Notes: generated by a model from the letters alone, not told the origin. Positions 38,060 to 50,536 are shown, numbered from the whole stretch's first letter. The stretch: 62,956 bases of DNA, filler included, from Octopus bimaculoides (GCF_001194135.2; 5 parts of 4 records of this genome joined end to end with filler, not necessarily neighbours in it), one strand, 5' to 3'. Made by a program: numbers and translations.

Positions 38060-39900
38060 AGGGTTAAACTTTGGGAATGCAAGCTACCCTAGTTTCAAGG
38101 ATCTAGAAAGGATGATCGTCTGATTCCCGGTATTCCTCTTGAATTATTACAATTCCGCAAGGTTTGTGCGCCAAACAGCTCGGAAGAACATTCCAAGAGG
38201 CAGCCTCCCTCAATTTATTTCGGGAGTTGACGCTCAAAATACTAAATTACATACACACTACTCAAAAACTATATGAATCTAACGTCTTCGTTGACAATCA
38301 TCGATGTAGGCAAGAGATTCAAGACATGTCTATTAGAACACCGATTAGAAGTGAACATCACTTGATGGAGTCTGTAGATATGACAAAGAAAAAAGAAAAA
38401 CAAAATGGTGTGGAGTCTCATAAGAAAAGACAGCAATGATCCATCGACCCCAATGCAACAGGAATATATCACCACCACTGACCAAGATGCGCACCAGCTG
38501 CTGTTCAATGGGAGCTCCACCACTAATGAGTCATGACCAAAGTAGTTCAAAGAAAGCACTTTCAAAAGTCTGGATGTCTTAACTATTCTTTGGTGAAATT
38601 AACGTCAGCATTAAATTTATTAAAGTCATTGGGCTTTAATAATCAATAAAGTTACAAGCCTGCATAGCATCACTGCTCGTTGAACCTCTGAAATGGGATT
38701 AAACTCTAAATTTGATGTATAAGTGCATGTTGGCAAGAAAACATCAGAAAGATTTGGAGGTAAATCAGGATTATTGCTCTCTGCAAATCGGACAAATAAC
38801 CAGCATATACAAAAGTAGTCATTCGGTCCTTCTGTTCTGCCACACATAGAAGCTGTTTGATGCCTGGTTTTTAATAACTATTCCCACTGCTCTTAAAACA
38901 ACAATTATTTACAAGCCCGATTTCGACCTGGATAATCTACAAACCAAGTACTGAATCTATCTCAGTATATCAAGGATAGTTTTTAGAAAGGACTGACAAC
39001 AAGACACGTCTTTGTTGATCTATCTGCCGCACACGACATTGTAAAACACTTCCTCCTTCTGAAAGTTGAGACAATACTTGGCGGTTGCTGGCCTCATTTT
39101 TAAGGCGTCTGAAAAGCATTGAAGACGTCAACGAAATGGCTTAAACTCAAGGTTTTGATTTGGCTCCACCACTAAATACATTATGCATTAATTATCAGCC
39201 AATGGACCAAAAGAACAGAGCGTTTCATCTGCTTTGACGACCATTGTGTAACATTCTATGAGAGTACGTCTGAATCAGTAGAAGCAATGTTCATTTCACT
39301 CCAAGATGAACTACACTATTATAAAAGTAATACCGACGTGCTAAATTTGCGAAGTCTCAATTCTGTTCATTTCTTCAGGAACCGTGGATCTATCCGAAAT
39401 CTGAACGTCGAATGTAAATACTGGAGTATTCTACCCAACCTTTCTACCCCAGAGTTACCTCGAACCTCGTTCTATGTGTTATGGAGCACGTCATAAATTC
39501 CACCTTGGTTACTAAAGCAAAATGCTACGGAAGTTGCTGTGCAGTTATAGCACATACATTATGATCTACTCCTCTAGCTTAGTGCAATTCTTCTTTTGGA
39601 ATATGCATCTCCTGTCTGGGATATATTGACCTATGCTAAGGAACCACTAGATCACTGGTTGCATAAAACTCACCATCGGAAAGAAAAATAACTTGCAACT
39701 CCTCGATGGCAGTCTCCCTGCTAATATCAGATGAGAATCATGTCAAGCTGACTCGACAAAGGACGCTAATGATGAAGTTTACATCTATACTTGTCACTGC
39801 TCAGCTTTACAACTGAAGTCAATATTATGCTTCCTAAGCAATCTCCAACAACATCCTCCTTCACCAAAAACATCACCGGAAGAAACCAAACTTCAGCTGT
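38060..39900 (+). mobile_element. Decayed RTE-X-like LINE (RT and downstream ORF2)
   Basis: QARFRPG.STNQVLNLSQYIKDSF; VFVDLSAAHDIV; QGFDLAP; RNRGSIRNLNV; EYASPVW, matching RTE-X QAGFRPGRS..QVLNLTQHIEDGF / FVDLSAAYDTV / EYA.PVW. Confidence 0.7.
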
Positions 39901-40072
39901 GGATGGAAAAACTTGCAAACAAACTCCTCCAATTGATACGAGATTCTTCTCTACTGAAGGCCTCTCTCCTGGCTCAGAAGCAAAATACTTCCGTGGTATG
40001 CACTGTGGTTCACAGTTTATTCATGTAAATTATGTTTTATTTAAAGCCGATCTTTTTTTTTTTTTTTTGCAG

Positions 40073-40122
40073 CTGCTGAAATCAGATTAGCAGAAATTGA
40101 AATTGTTGAAGTCAGGATATTT
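40073..40122 (+). other. Candidate 50-nt internal exon
   Basis: Long poly-T plus GCAG acceptor, TTT|GTGAGT donor; one open frame AEIRLAEIEIVEVRIF. Confidence 0.3.
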
Positions 40123-40667
40123 GTGAGTTTGTCGAAAGACTGAGATTACGTTGGTGAATTTATACATAATCATTATGACTAGATAACAATAATACCAACT
40201 GTTTTCTTCTTTCTTTGTGGGTGTGTGTGCGTGTCTGTCTGTCTCGATAATAACTTTAGTAAGTTAAAATCTTGATAAGTTTTCTGTAAGTCACAGGAAA
40301 TATCCTTCAGATAAGACAGTAAGATTATGATTTTTTGAAAGATTATATGAGCTCAAGTAAGAAAAGTGAAACCTGCATATATTCATGGGTTCATAAAATT
40401 CACACACCTTTAACAATATTTCTTGAAGATTCAAAAATTTAATTAGCATTTTAATAGATACAAAAGAATAGTCCGCCATAAAATATGAGTATTGTAGGGA
40501 TACGTTTTGTCATTAATTTTTAAATCACACTTCCTTACAAGATTCCGTTTTGTTTGCGTGTTCTTATATTGGAGCTTTTCATTCCCCAAAACTAAACGTA
40601 ACGAAGTTTTATTTTCCGTCTTTACCCCCGTTACGGCTACCATTATAGTTTATATTTGATGCTTATT

Positions 40668-41203
40668 TACACGGTTATTCAAACAGAATGAACCGATTTC
40701 AGTGCGCAATATTTTGATAAGGTAAAGCAATAGAAAATTCACAAGTATTTACTCACAATCGACTTTTATTTCCTGTCTTACAAGTATTCAATTTGGCCAC
40801 CACCTGTAGCACAGGCAATATCAGTGCAATAAGAGAATTCCTCCCAGACGTGTATCATCAAATCTTGATCCACAGAGTTGATCGCTGTTGTTATTCGATG
40901 TTTAAGGTCATCGAGGTTAGTGTGTAGTGGTGGAGTTTTCTAAGTTTTGAATGGCTGCTGTAATCGCGTCGTTTTTCTAGCAACTTAGTGGATCGTGATA
41001 TGCTGGTACGCTTCTGGGAGGAATTCTCTTATCGTATTGATGTTGCCCGTGCTGCAGGTTTTGGGCACATTGAACACTTGTAAAACAGGAAATAAAAGTT
41101 GATTGTGAGTAAATACTTGTGACTTAACTGGAGTTTTGTATTGCGTTTCCTTATTAAAATATTGCGTAATGAAATCGGTTCATTCTTTTTGAATAACCCA
41201 GTA
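40668..41203. mobile_element. Tc1/mariner-superfamily fold-back: two transposon 3' ends in inverted orientation
   Basis: TIR-like GGTTATTCAAA.AGAATGAACCGATTTCA at both ends, with terminal TA dinucleotides; each arm encodes a transposase C-terminus (minus: DLKHRITTAINSVDQDLMIHVWEEFSYCTDIACATGGGQIEYL*; plus: DRDMLVRFWEEFSYRIDVARAAGFGHIEHL*). Confidence 0.9.
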
Positions 41204-42834
41204 TAATATTGATGGATTGTTCCGCGCAGGTCACAGAAATAATTAGAGAAAATTCAGGTTTTTCTAGTTTATTCCAGAGTATCCGAAAATAATATTTCTT
41301 GCAATTCAATCTCTAACATAATCTACTGATTGTTTACTGACTTTTAATATTTAAATTCAACCTTACAATAATTATCTATAAATAAAGCATTTTGTTTTTC
41401 CCTTCCCCATAGATGATACACTCTTAACTTTACAATGTCTTTATTTATGCAAGAACTCCATTTCATTCCTCTTTTTCTTTTCTTTTCATGATCATGATTT
41501 TACAATTTCAACATGAATAACATCATTATTTATATTTACTTAAAGACTTTATTTCATTCAATTTCTTAACACACCTAACCTCCATTAGTTAAATTAGAGT
41601 TTTATATTTAACTTTAGTATTTATTTTACTTTAATTCTATATTTTTGTACATCTTGCTCATAGCTGTTTGTAGATTGTGACATCGCTGTTGTTAGATAGA
41701 TTGAGGGTACTTTGGTACTTTTCAGTTCGCATTCTGTTGTTGATATTACAGTTAATATTGTTCTTGTTGTCACTGTTCAGCACAACGCTAGCTGTGATTG
41801 TTACAGCTGTCAACATCGACTTTTTCTTTAGATTTTGTATATTTACCATTTTTATTGAAAAATCTGATGTTCATTTCGTGCTTCTAAAAAATAGCGCGTG
41901 AATTGAAGGAAATTTTAGTGCTTAAAGAGGCTGAGTGACTATGAATTAGTGAACTTCTTGGCTTGTTCACCGAAGTTGTGTGTTCGACGGGCGAGGATCA
42001 AAAATATTCCATCCGCATATATTCACACTTAAATGACTATGTAGCATTACATTGTACTGAGTCGTTCTACTTTGTGAATGTGAGCCTCAAGTGATGAATA
42101 ACAGGCTTCTAATTCAAGCAGAGGTTGACATAAGGGACAAAGGCAGAAAATGCCTTAGCTTAAGTCTGTATCTGTTCTTGTTTGGTCTAAATCCCATGCT
42201 AAATCCCATGCAAAACATAATCTAGTACCTCTATAATCAACATATTCCAGCACTATTATCAAGATATTTCGATTAATTTTTATTTAAATCTAAGATGTTA
42301 TTACCCATTATGTCCTGTTTATGTGACATGAGCTTGGCAAAACTCTCTGTTTGCAACTCTCATATCGCATACATACATGCATATATACATACATATAGAT
42401 ACGTATGTATATATGCATACACATACATATATACATGTATACATATATATATATATATATATATACATACATACATACATACATACACATATGCACACAA
42501 GCATAAATATATGGATGTATATGTATAAATAGATATATATTAGACAGATATAGATACACATATATGGAAATTTTTAAACTCATGCTCAGGAGCGTCAGTG
42601 CACGCAGATATGTACACATATATTCACTGTCAAACTAACTCACATATGCATATATTAATTTTAATGATTCGTGACTAATTTCAATCTGTTTCGTTCATCT
42701 GGAATAGTTAAACGAAAAGATCAGTAGAAACAAACAGATTACAATCCGTCACGAATTATTAAAATTATTATGTATCACACACATATGTGCATGTGTTTAT
42801 GTACTTATGTATGTAAAATTATGTTTATATATAT

Positions 42835-42934
42835 NNNNNNNNNNNNNNNNNNNNNNNNNNNNNNNNNNNNNNNNNNNNTTAATTAATTAANNNNNNNNNN
42901 NNNNNNNNNNNNNNNNNNNNNNNNNNNNNNNNNN
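42835..42934. other. Artificial scaffold join N44-TTAATTAATTAA-N44
   Basis: 100 bp, identical structure to the other three. Confidence 0.95.
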
Positions 42935-44411
42935 ATATATATATATATATATTGTGTGTGTGTGTATGCATGTATGTGTGCATGTATATAAATATATATA
43001 TATATATATATACATGTATATGTATATATATATGTGTACATATATACATACATCTACATACATAAACACATGCACACACATATACACACATGCGCAGGCT
43101 CACATACAATGTGCATATACATGAATTTAGATAGAAAGCTAGACATGCATACATGAAACAGTATACAAATGTACACACACATACACACACTTATACACCC
43201 ACAGACAGATGCCTATTTAGACACTTACAAATGCATTCAGACATGCACACACATAATATGTACATAAATACATACATACAAATATCCATTACACAGACAT
43301 TGTGCAACAATTTTTACTGAAACCTAGATTAGAACAGTCATTCAACATCTCAGTAAAACTTTTCTTTGTAAAAAATAAAACCATTTAGTTGCAACGAAGC
43401 AATATTTCATTTCCCATTGTCATAGTTGTCATTCTCAGTAAGATTAATGTAAACAAATTCCACATCAAGGCTTAACTAAATCTTCCACAGTTTGTTATAT
43501 AAGTCCCAATGAGACATATTAGCATTCATTTCATTTTGATCCAGCACTGACAAACACCATTCTTTAGAGAAATACTGCTGCAGGCAAAAACGTCTTTAAA
43601 CTTTTGTTGTATACAACACAAATTCACTTTCAGACAAAAGAAGTTATTCATACATAACACTATCTCAATTACTCGATGCTTCTAAAGTTGCTAGCCTACT
43701 GTGAAAGTTTAACAGAAATTTTTCTAATGTACTTGTCAAAAGATAGATACATATCTTTCAAACAACACTTTCCAGACTGTCTAAATTTCTTTAAATTTAT
43801 CATCTATCTTGTAAATTTTGTTACCGTAAATCTTCAGTTTAATTCTGTTTTTGACAAAGTAACTATAACTAATTAGATTAGGATAGCCATAAACAAATTA
43901 TATCACTACGAGTATGTGAAAAAGAGTATGAATCTCGAGACATTTCATGCTATGTTTTGAGTCACAGTTACTTGCTATGTTTAACACAACATTCTTTTTA
44001 CTGAGTCTCTACAATGTTGTTGTTGTCATTGTTGTTGTTGTCATTGTTGTTGTTGTTATCGCTATTGTATTTCCTTGACTTCATTTACTAAATGTTGAAC
44101 AACTTATCTATCTAAATGACAATATACACCTTCAGATTTACACACTAAGAAACAATGACGCAGCCATGTGTTAGTAAACCATTTACATGACCCACATGTA
44201 ACATGATATAAAGCAGTTTGCATTAAAGAAATCCTCTCGAGTGTTTTCGAGATGAAGAAAGTAAAGTCATCACAATAATTCAGCTTAGAACTTTATTATA
44301 ACCCAGATAATGGTTTGAGGAAATTTAGGTTAGAATAATTGGTATAACTAAGAAATATGAGAGTTGACTGTGAGGGTGTATTAAAAAAGTCAACTGTTGT
44401 TTACTTCGGTC

Positions 44412-44570
44412 TTAAAGAGGAAAGGACTAAAGTCTACAAAAGAAACCCCTATATATATATATATTATATATATGGGTTTGTTTTGTAGTCTTTAATCCTT
44501 TCCTCTTTAAACCCCTATATATATATATATTATATATGGGTTTGTTTTGTAGCCTTTAATCCTTTCCTCT
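44412..44570. mobile_element. TTAA-flanked 91-bp MITE (44416-44506, Kolobok-like termini) plus a partial tandem copy running into a gap
   Basis: TTAA|AGAGGAAAGGACTAAAGTCTACAAAAGAAACCC-(TA)n-GGGTTTGTTTTGTAGTCTTTAATCCTTTCCTCT|TTAA; arms differ at 3 positions; centre and right arm repeated at 44509-44570. Confidence 0.7.
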
Positions 44571-45499
44571 NNNNNNNNNNNNNNNNNNNNNNNNNNNNNN
44601 NNNNNNNNNNNNNNNNNNNNNNNNNNNNNNNNNNNNNNNNNNNNNNNNNNNNNNNNNNNNNNNNNNNNNNNNNNNNNNNNNNNNNNNNNNNNNNNNNNNN
44701 NNNNNNNNNNNNNNNNNNNNNNNNNNNNNNNNNNNNNNNNNNNNNNNNNNNNNNNNNNNNNNNNNNNNNNNNNNNNNNNNNNNNNNNNNNNNNNNNNNNN
44801 NNNNNNNNNNNNNNNNNNNNNNNNNNNNNNNNNNNNNNNNNNNNNNNNNNNNNNNNNNNNNNNNNNNNNNNNNNNNNNNNNNNNNNNNNNNNNNNNNNNN
44901 NNNNNNNNNNNNNNNNNNNNNNNNNNNNNNNNNNNNNNNNNNNNNNNNNNNNNNNNNNNNNNNNNNNNNNNNNNNNNNNNNNNNNNNNNNNNNNNNNNNN
45001 NNNNNNNNNNNNNNNNNNNNNNNNNNNNNNNNNNNNNNNNNNNNNNNNNNNNNNNNNNNNNNNNNNNNNNNNNNNNNNNNNNNNNNNNNNNNNNNNNNNN
45101 NNNNNNNNNNNNNNNNNNNNNNNNNNNNNNNNNNNNNNNNNNNNNNNNNNNNNNNNNNNNNNNNNNNNNNNNNNNNNNNNNNNNNNNNNNNNNNNNNNNN
45201 NNNNNNNNNNNNNNNNNNNNNNNNNNNNNNNNNNNNNNNNNNNNNNNNNNNNNNNNNNNNNNNNNNNNNNNNNNNNNNNNNNNNNNNNNNNNNNNNNNNN
45301 NNNNNNNNNNNNNNNNNNNNNNNNNNNNNNNNNNNNNNNNNNNNNNNNNNNNNNNNNNNNNNNNNNNNNNNNNNNNNNNNNNNNNNNNNNNNNNNNNNNN
45401 NNNNNNNNNNNNNNNNNNNNNNNNNNNNNNNNNNNNNNNNNNNNNNNNNNNNNNNNNNNNNNNNNNNNNNNNNNNNNNNNNNNNNNNNNNNNNNNNNNN

Positions 45500-45555
<56 letters not shown>

Positions 45556-45574
45556 TTATAAAAACCATCCATTA

Positions 45575-45714
45575 GGCACAGGCATGGTTGTGGTGAAAAG
45601 TTTGCTTCTCAGCAACATTGTACCAGGTTCAATTCAGTCCCATTGCACAGTACCTTGGGCAAGAGTCTTCTGCTATAGTCTTTAGCTAACTAAAGACTTG
45701 TGAAAGAGGCCCAT

Positions 45715-45746
<32 letters not shown>

Positions 45747-46002
45747 TGTGTGTACGTGTGTGTGTGTGTGTGCGTGCATGCGTGTGTGTGTGCATGTGTG
45801 TGTGTGTCTTTATCTGTGTTTGACCCCAACCAATGCTGGACGACCAACATTGGTGTGTTTATGTCCCTGTAACACTTAGTGGTTTGGCAAAAAAGAAACT
45901 GATAGGATAAGTACCAGACTTTAAAAAGAAAGCAAGTCCTGGGGTCGATTTATTCAACTAAAATCCTTCAAGATAGTACTCCAGCATGGCCCGGTCTAAA
46001 GG
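45575..46002 (+). mobile_element. Complete SINE family A copy
   Basis: GGCACAGGCATGGTTG...CCTTGGGCAAG, (TG)n, GATAGGATAAGTACC...CCTGGGGTCGATT...CCAGCATGGCC. Confidence 0.88.
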
Positions 46003-46531
46003 GCAAGCAAAGATGTGAAGATTACACATCTGAGAATTGAAGCCAGTGATGTTATTTAAAACACTGAAGTCATTTAGCATTCTACAGATGTGTGTGTAAT
46101 TAGGAATGCTGGGAAATAGTGGTAAAAATGATGATATAAACAGAAGGAAGATGCAGTGAATGCAAGAATTTGTTAATAGACAACAGTGCTTAAACTGGAT
46201 GGCAATGATAAACATAAATTACAATTAAATGCTATATTGGTGGTAGCATTAGAAAAACAAATGTTGCTATAGTAACTACTAGTTGTTATTTTCAATAGGG
46301 TTACTTTTAGCATTTGGTAATGCTTCATTTGGACTTCCATTATGCGTACACAGAGAGGGAGAGAGAGGGTGGAGAGAGGGAGAGAGAGAGAAGAGAGAGA
46401 GAGAAATAGGGTGAGGTGGGGGAGAAAGTTGAAGGACTGCAAGAATTTTTCTACTTCTAATGCCTTATTTTCTCCTTATATATGTGTGTGTGTGTATATT
46501 TATATATGTATGTTTGAGTGTGTATGTATAA

Positions 46532-46562
<31 letters not shown>

Positions 46563-46593
46563 GACACACATACACATATATATATATATAGAC

Positions 46594-46638
<45 letters not shown>

Positions 46639-46689
46639 CTCACATATACATATATGTGTATACATGCACATTCAGACTCCTAGATATAC

Positions 46690-46748
<59 letters not shown>

Positions 46749-47067
46749 TATACGGTTAATAAGTTTGTCGTATGGCATCAAGTATTTTAAATGTTCCTCT
46801 TGAGGCAATTATAGCTGAGTTTCCTGTTCTTTTTACTTAATTATTTAAAACCATGACATTTCTGTTATTCTAACATCTCTCCAACACAATAACAACCTCT
46901 TTACTAAACTTGTAATAAATACTTCCATTCTTGTTACAAGAAAACTCATTCTATTCAGAAACTTAATTAGATAGTAAAGCCAACATTATTGTATCTAATC
47001 ATTAAACATTTAATATAGTATTGCAAATAAATCTCTATGGTTCTATGTACAGTCTGCTTCTTTATAC

Positions 47068-47276
47068 AATCTTCATCATTGCCAAAGTTGTCATCATCAA
47101 AGTCATCGTGGTGAAAGTCGTCTTTGTCAAAGCCATTGTCGTTAGCGTTGTCATTAAAGTTGTTGTCAGAGTCATTGTCGCCATCATTGTCATCATTGTT
47201 GTCTTCATCATCATTGTCATCATTGTCATTGTTATCATGTAACATCCCTGTTCCATGCTGGCATGGATTGCTCTTA
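47068..47276 (-). repeat. Degenerate (GAT/GAC/AAC)n tract continuous with an RTE-type 3' end remnant
   Basis: Minus: CCATGCCAGCATGGAACAGGGATGTTACATGAT.. followed by the decayed triplet tract; source of the D/N-rich ORF. Confidence 0.7.
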
Positions 47277-47314
47277 CTTTTGCTGTCCTTTCTCTCACAC
47301 CTATACCATTGACT

Positions 47315-47702
47315 GTGGAGGCGCAATGGTCCAGTGGTTAGGGCAGTGGACTTGCGGTCATAAGATTGCGGTTTCGATTCCCAGACCGGGCGCTGTGAGT
47401 GTTTATTGAACGAAAACACCTAAAGCTCCACAAGGCTCCGGCAGGGGATGGTGGCGAACCCTGCTGTACTCTTTCACCACAACTTTCTCTCACTCTTACT
47501 TCCTGTTTCTGTTGTGCCTGTAATTCAAAGGGTCAGCCTTGTCACACTGTGTCACGCTGAATATCACCCAGAACTACGTTAAGGGTACACGTGTCTGTGG
47601 AGTGCTCAGCCACTTGCACGTTAATTTCACGAGCAGGCTGTTCCGTTGATCGGATCAACTGGAACCCTCGACGTCGTAAGCGACGGAGTGCTAACAACAA
47701 CA
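47315..47702 (+). mobile_element. tRNA-derived SINE family B, full length, 12-bp TSD
   Basis: A box TGGTCCAGTGG, B box GGTTTCGATTCCC, (AAC)n tail; TSD ATACCATTGACT at 47303-47314 and 47703-47714. Confidence 0.95.
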
Positions 47703-47884
47703 ATACCATTGACTACACCCCAGCCCTTACACCCCCACATCCAACACGTAATCTACTTCATACTGTTGTCCTTCATCTAGCGTCTCAGCACTCTGCCCTT
47801 CCTGTGCAACTTTCACAGCTTCATCTGTCACCTCTGGTTTGACCTTGCACACTGTATGATACTATATACCACTTTTACTGTAAG

Positions 47885-48045
47885 ACTGCTGCATGCTAGC
47901 AGAATCATCAGCACATTCAACAAAATACTTAGCAGCATTTCTTCCAGTTATTTATGTTCTGAGTTTAAATTCCACCCAGGTCAACTTTGCCTTTCGTTCC
48001 TTCAGGATTTATAAAATAGAGTACCTGTCATGTATTAGGGTTATG
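47885..48045 (+). mobile_element. SINE family C fragment
   Basis: GTTCTGAGTTTAAATTCCACCCAGGTCAACTTTGCCTTTCG...ATAAAATAGAGTACC. Confidence 0.75.
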
Positions 48046-48378
48046 CACATTTGAGTGTGTGTGGGCACATGCACGAGTGTGTGTGTGTATGTGTGTGTTT
48101 GTGTGAATGGAATAGATAAGATCCAAACTACATGTTTCATAGTGAATGGGACCTCAGAAGTAATAAATATCCAAGTGAGCTGTATATGGCAGGCTACTCT
48201 TCAGGCCAAGGATATCTTGATTAAATGAAAGTTTACATTGTTGCAAGGAGGCGCATGTTAATGCATGGAAGATTCAATCAGAATGTGTAGAGAGCACAGT
48301 AGGAGAGGAGAATATAAATGTAGAGAGAAATAAGTATTAAAAGAAAGAAAAAAGGAAGAAAATATAAGGGAGTGAGAG

Positions 48379-48637
48379 GAATGAGGAATTTAAGCAAAGT
48401 CATTTGATTGCTAATATTCAATAAGGCTGTTTTGGCTGAATCACAGAAATTAGCAAGGGGAGTGGTATTTGAAAAAAAGATAATGTAGTGGAAAGAGGGT
48501 GGGAAAATATTTTTGATCAAACAGGAGAAAAAAATTGTGCATGAAGAAAGCAAGATAGAATGAGGAATTTAAACATGGTCATTTGACCAGTTGTATTCAA
48601 CAGGGCTGTTTTGGCCAAATCACAGAAATTAGCAAGG
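48379..48637 (+). repeat. Diverged 80-bp direct repeat pair (48379-48458 and 48558-48637)
   Basis: GAATGAGGAATTTAA...GTCATTTGA...TATTCAA.A.GGCTGTTTTGGC..AATCACAGAAATTAGCAAGG present twice. Confidence 0.88.
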
Positions 48638-49270
48638 TATACATAAGTGGGCTGGCTACACCCCTGGTAAAGCCCACGGGTTATGGTCTCACTTGTCTTG
48701 CTGGGTCTTCTCATGCACAGCATATTTCCAAAGGTCTCGGTCATTAGTCATTGCTTCGGTGAGGCCTAATGTTCGAATGTCGTGCTTCACCACCTCATTT
48801 CAGGTCTTCCTGGGTCTATCTCTTCCACAGGTTCCCTCAACCACTAGGCTGTGGCACTTTTTCACACAGCTATCCTCTTCTATTCTCACCAAATGACCAT
48901 ACCAGCGAAGTCGTCTCTCTTGCACACCACAACTTATGCTTTTTAGGTCCAACTTTTCTCTCAAGGTACTTACACTCTGTTGAGTATGCACACTGACATT
49001 ACACATCCAGCGGAGCACACTGGCTTCATTCCTTGCGAGCTTACGCATGTCCTCAGCAGTCACGGCCCATGTTTCACTGCCATGTAACATGGCTGTTCAT
49101 ACACATGCGTCATACACTCTGCCTTTTACTCTGAGTGAGAAACCCTTTGTCACCAGCAGAGGTAAGAGCTCTCTGAACTTTGCCCAGGCTATTCTTATTC
49201 TAGCAGCTACACTTTAGGTGCACCCTCCCCTGTTACTGACTTCGTCACCTAGGTAATGGAAGCTATCAAC
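48638..49270 (-). mobile_element. RTE LINE fragment (ORF2 C-terminus)
   Basis: YLGD..., RIRIAWAKFRELLPLL, MLHGSETWAVT, QERRLRWYGH, GRDRPRKTW, MTNDRDLWKYAV. Confidence 0.92.
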
Positions 49271-49279
49271 TACCTCTCT

Positions 49280-49492
49280 CTCTCTATCATCATCATCATC
49301 ATCATCGTTTAACGTCCGCTTTCCATGCTAGCATGGGTTGGACGATTTGACTGAGGACTGGTGAAACGGGATGGCAACACCAGGCTCCAATCTAATTTGG
49401 CAGAGTTTCTACAGCTGGATGCCCTTCCTAACGCCAACCACTCAGAGAGTGTAGTGGGTGCTTTTACGTGTCACCCGCACGAAAACGGCCAC
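49280..49492 (-). mobile_element. RTE-type 3' UTR end with (GAT)n tail, cut by a scaffold join
   Basis: Minus: GGTTGGCGTTAGGAAGGGCATCCAGCTGTAGAAAC...CCAACCCATGCTAGCATGGAAAGCGGACGTTAAACGATGATGATG. Confidence 0.88.
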
Positions 49493-49592
49493 NNNNNNNN
49501 NNNNNNNNNNNNNNNNNNNNNNNNNNNNNNNNNNNNTTAATTAATTAANNNNNNNNNNNNNNNNNNNNNNNNNNNNNNNNNNNNNNNNNNNN
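49493..49592. other. Artificial scaffold join N44-TTAATTAATTAA-N44
   Basis: 100 bp, identical structure. Confidence 0.95.
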
Positions 49593-50464
49593 TTATATTA
49601 GTTTTCCTTGCTTCTGAAGTAGGTATTTTTGAAGTCCTATGGTGGTTATTTTGTAATAGTTTTCCAGCTGTATAAGACCCCTACCACCTTCTGTACGTTG
49701 TATATATAGCCTTTCTATGTCAGATTTTTGGGTGGTGCATCCTAGATCCTGTCATTGTTTTTCTTGTTTTCCTGTCTATTTTAGATAGTTCGTTTAGTGT
49801 CCAGTTAAGGATATTGTAGCTGTAACTTATAACTGGGACGGCTAAAGTGTTAATACCTATTATCTTGTTTTTAGCATTGAGCTCTGTTTTTAGTATTGAT
49901 CTAACTCGTCTATAGTATTCTTTCTTTATTCTCTCTTTCATTTGTGTGTGTTGTATCCTAACTAGTTCATTGATTCCTAAATATTTGTTTGGCTAGCTTT
50001 GGTCTAATTCTCTTATTTCATTGGCTTTATCTAGTGTGATGTTGCTACACTTAACTAGTTTTCCTCTTTTCAGGGTTGCTTTGGCACAATTTCCTAATCC
50101 AAATTTCATATCTATTTCTTTGGTAAATCCATGTACTGTCTGTAGTAGTGTTTCCAGCTCTTTATCATTTCTAGCGTATAATTTTAGGTCATCCATATAT
50201 AAAAGGTGGCTGATTGTTTTGCCGTAACATTTGTATCCGCATCCAGTTCTATTTAGCAAGTCAATTAAGGGTGTGAGTGCCAAGCAGAACAGGAGTAGAG
50301 AGAGCGTGTCTCCCTGGAATATTCCTCTGCTAATGAGGATGGCTTTCGTTTTCACGAGTCCCTCTTTTGTTTGGAGCTGTAGCACTGTCTGCCATTTATT
50401 CATAGATTGTCTTATGTATTCTATAATTATTGGTGCCACCTTGTTTATGGCTAGTGTTTCGAGG
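49593..50464 (-). mobile_element. R4/Dong-type RLE non-LTR retrotransposon, copy B (5'-truncated RT region)
   Basis: RGIFQGDTLSLLLFCLAL, SHLLYMDDLKLY, MKFGLGNCAK, INTLAVPVISYS, IDRKTRK, HHPK.D.ERLY..R.EGGRGL. Confidence 0.9.
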
Positions 50465-50511
<47 letters not shown>

Positions 50512-50536
50512 CATTATTATTATTATTATTATTATT
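50465..50536. repeat. (TAA)n tract between the two Dong-like elements
   Basis: About 24 near-perfect units seen directly. Confidence 0.97.

Noticed and set aside
47315-47390. tRNA-like sequence with A and B boxes (also 7060-7137)
   Set aside because: It is the head of a TSD-flanked SINE, not a tRNA gene
46967-47419. Asp/Asn-rich 150-aa ORF
   Set aside because: Runs through a SINE head and a decayed (GAT)n retroposon tail
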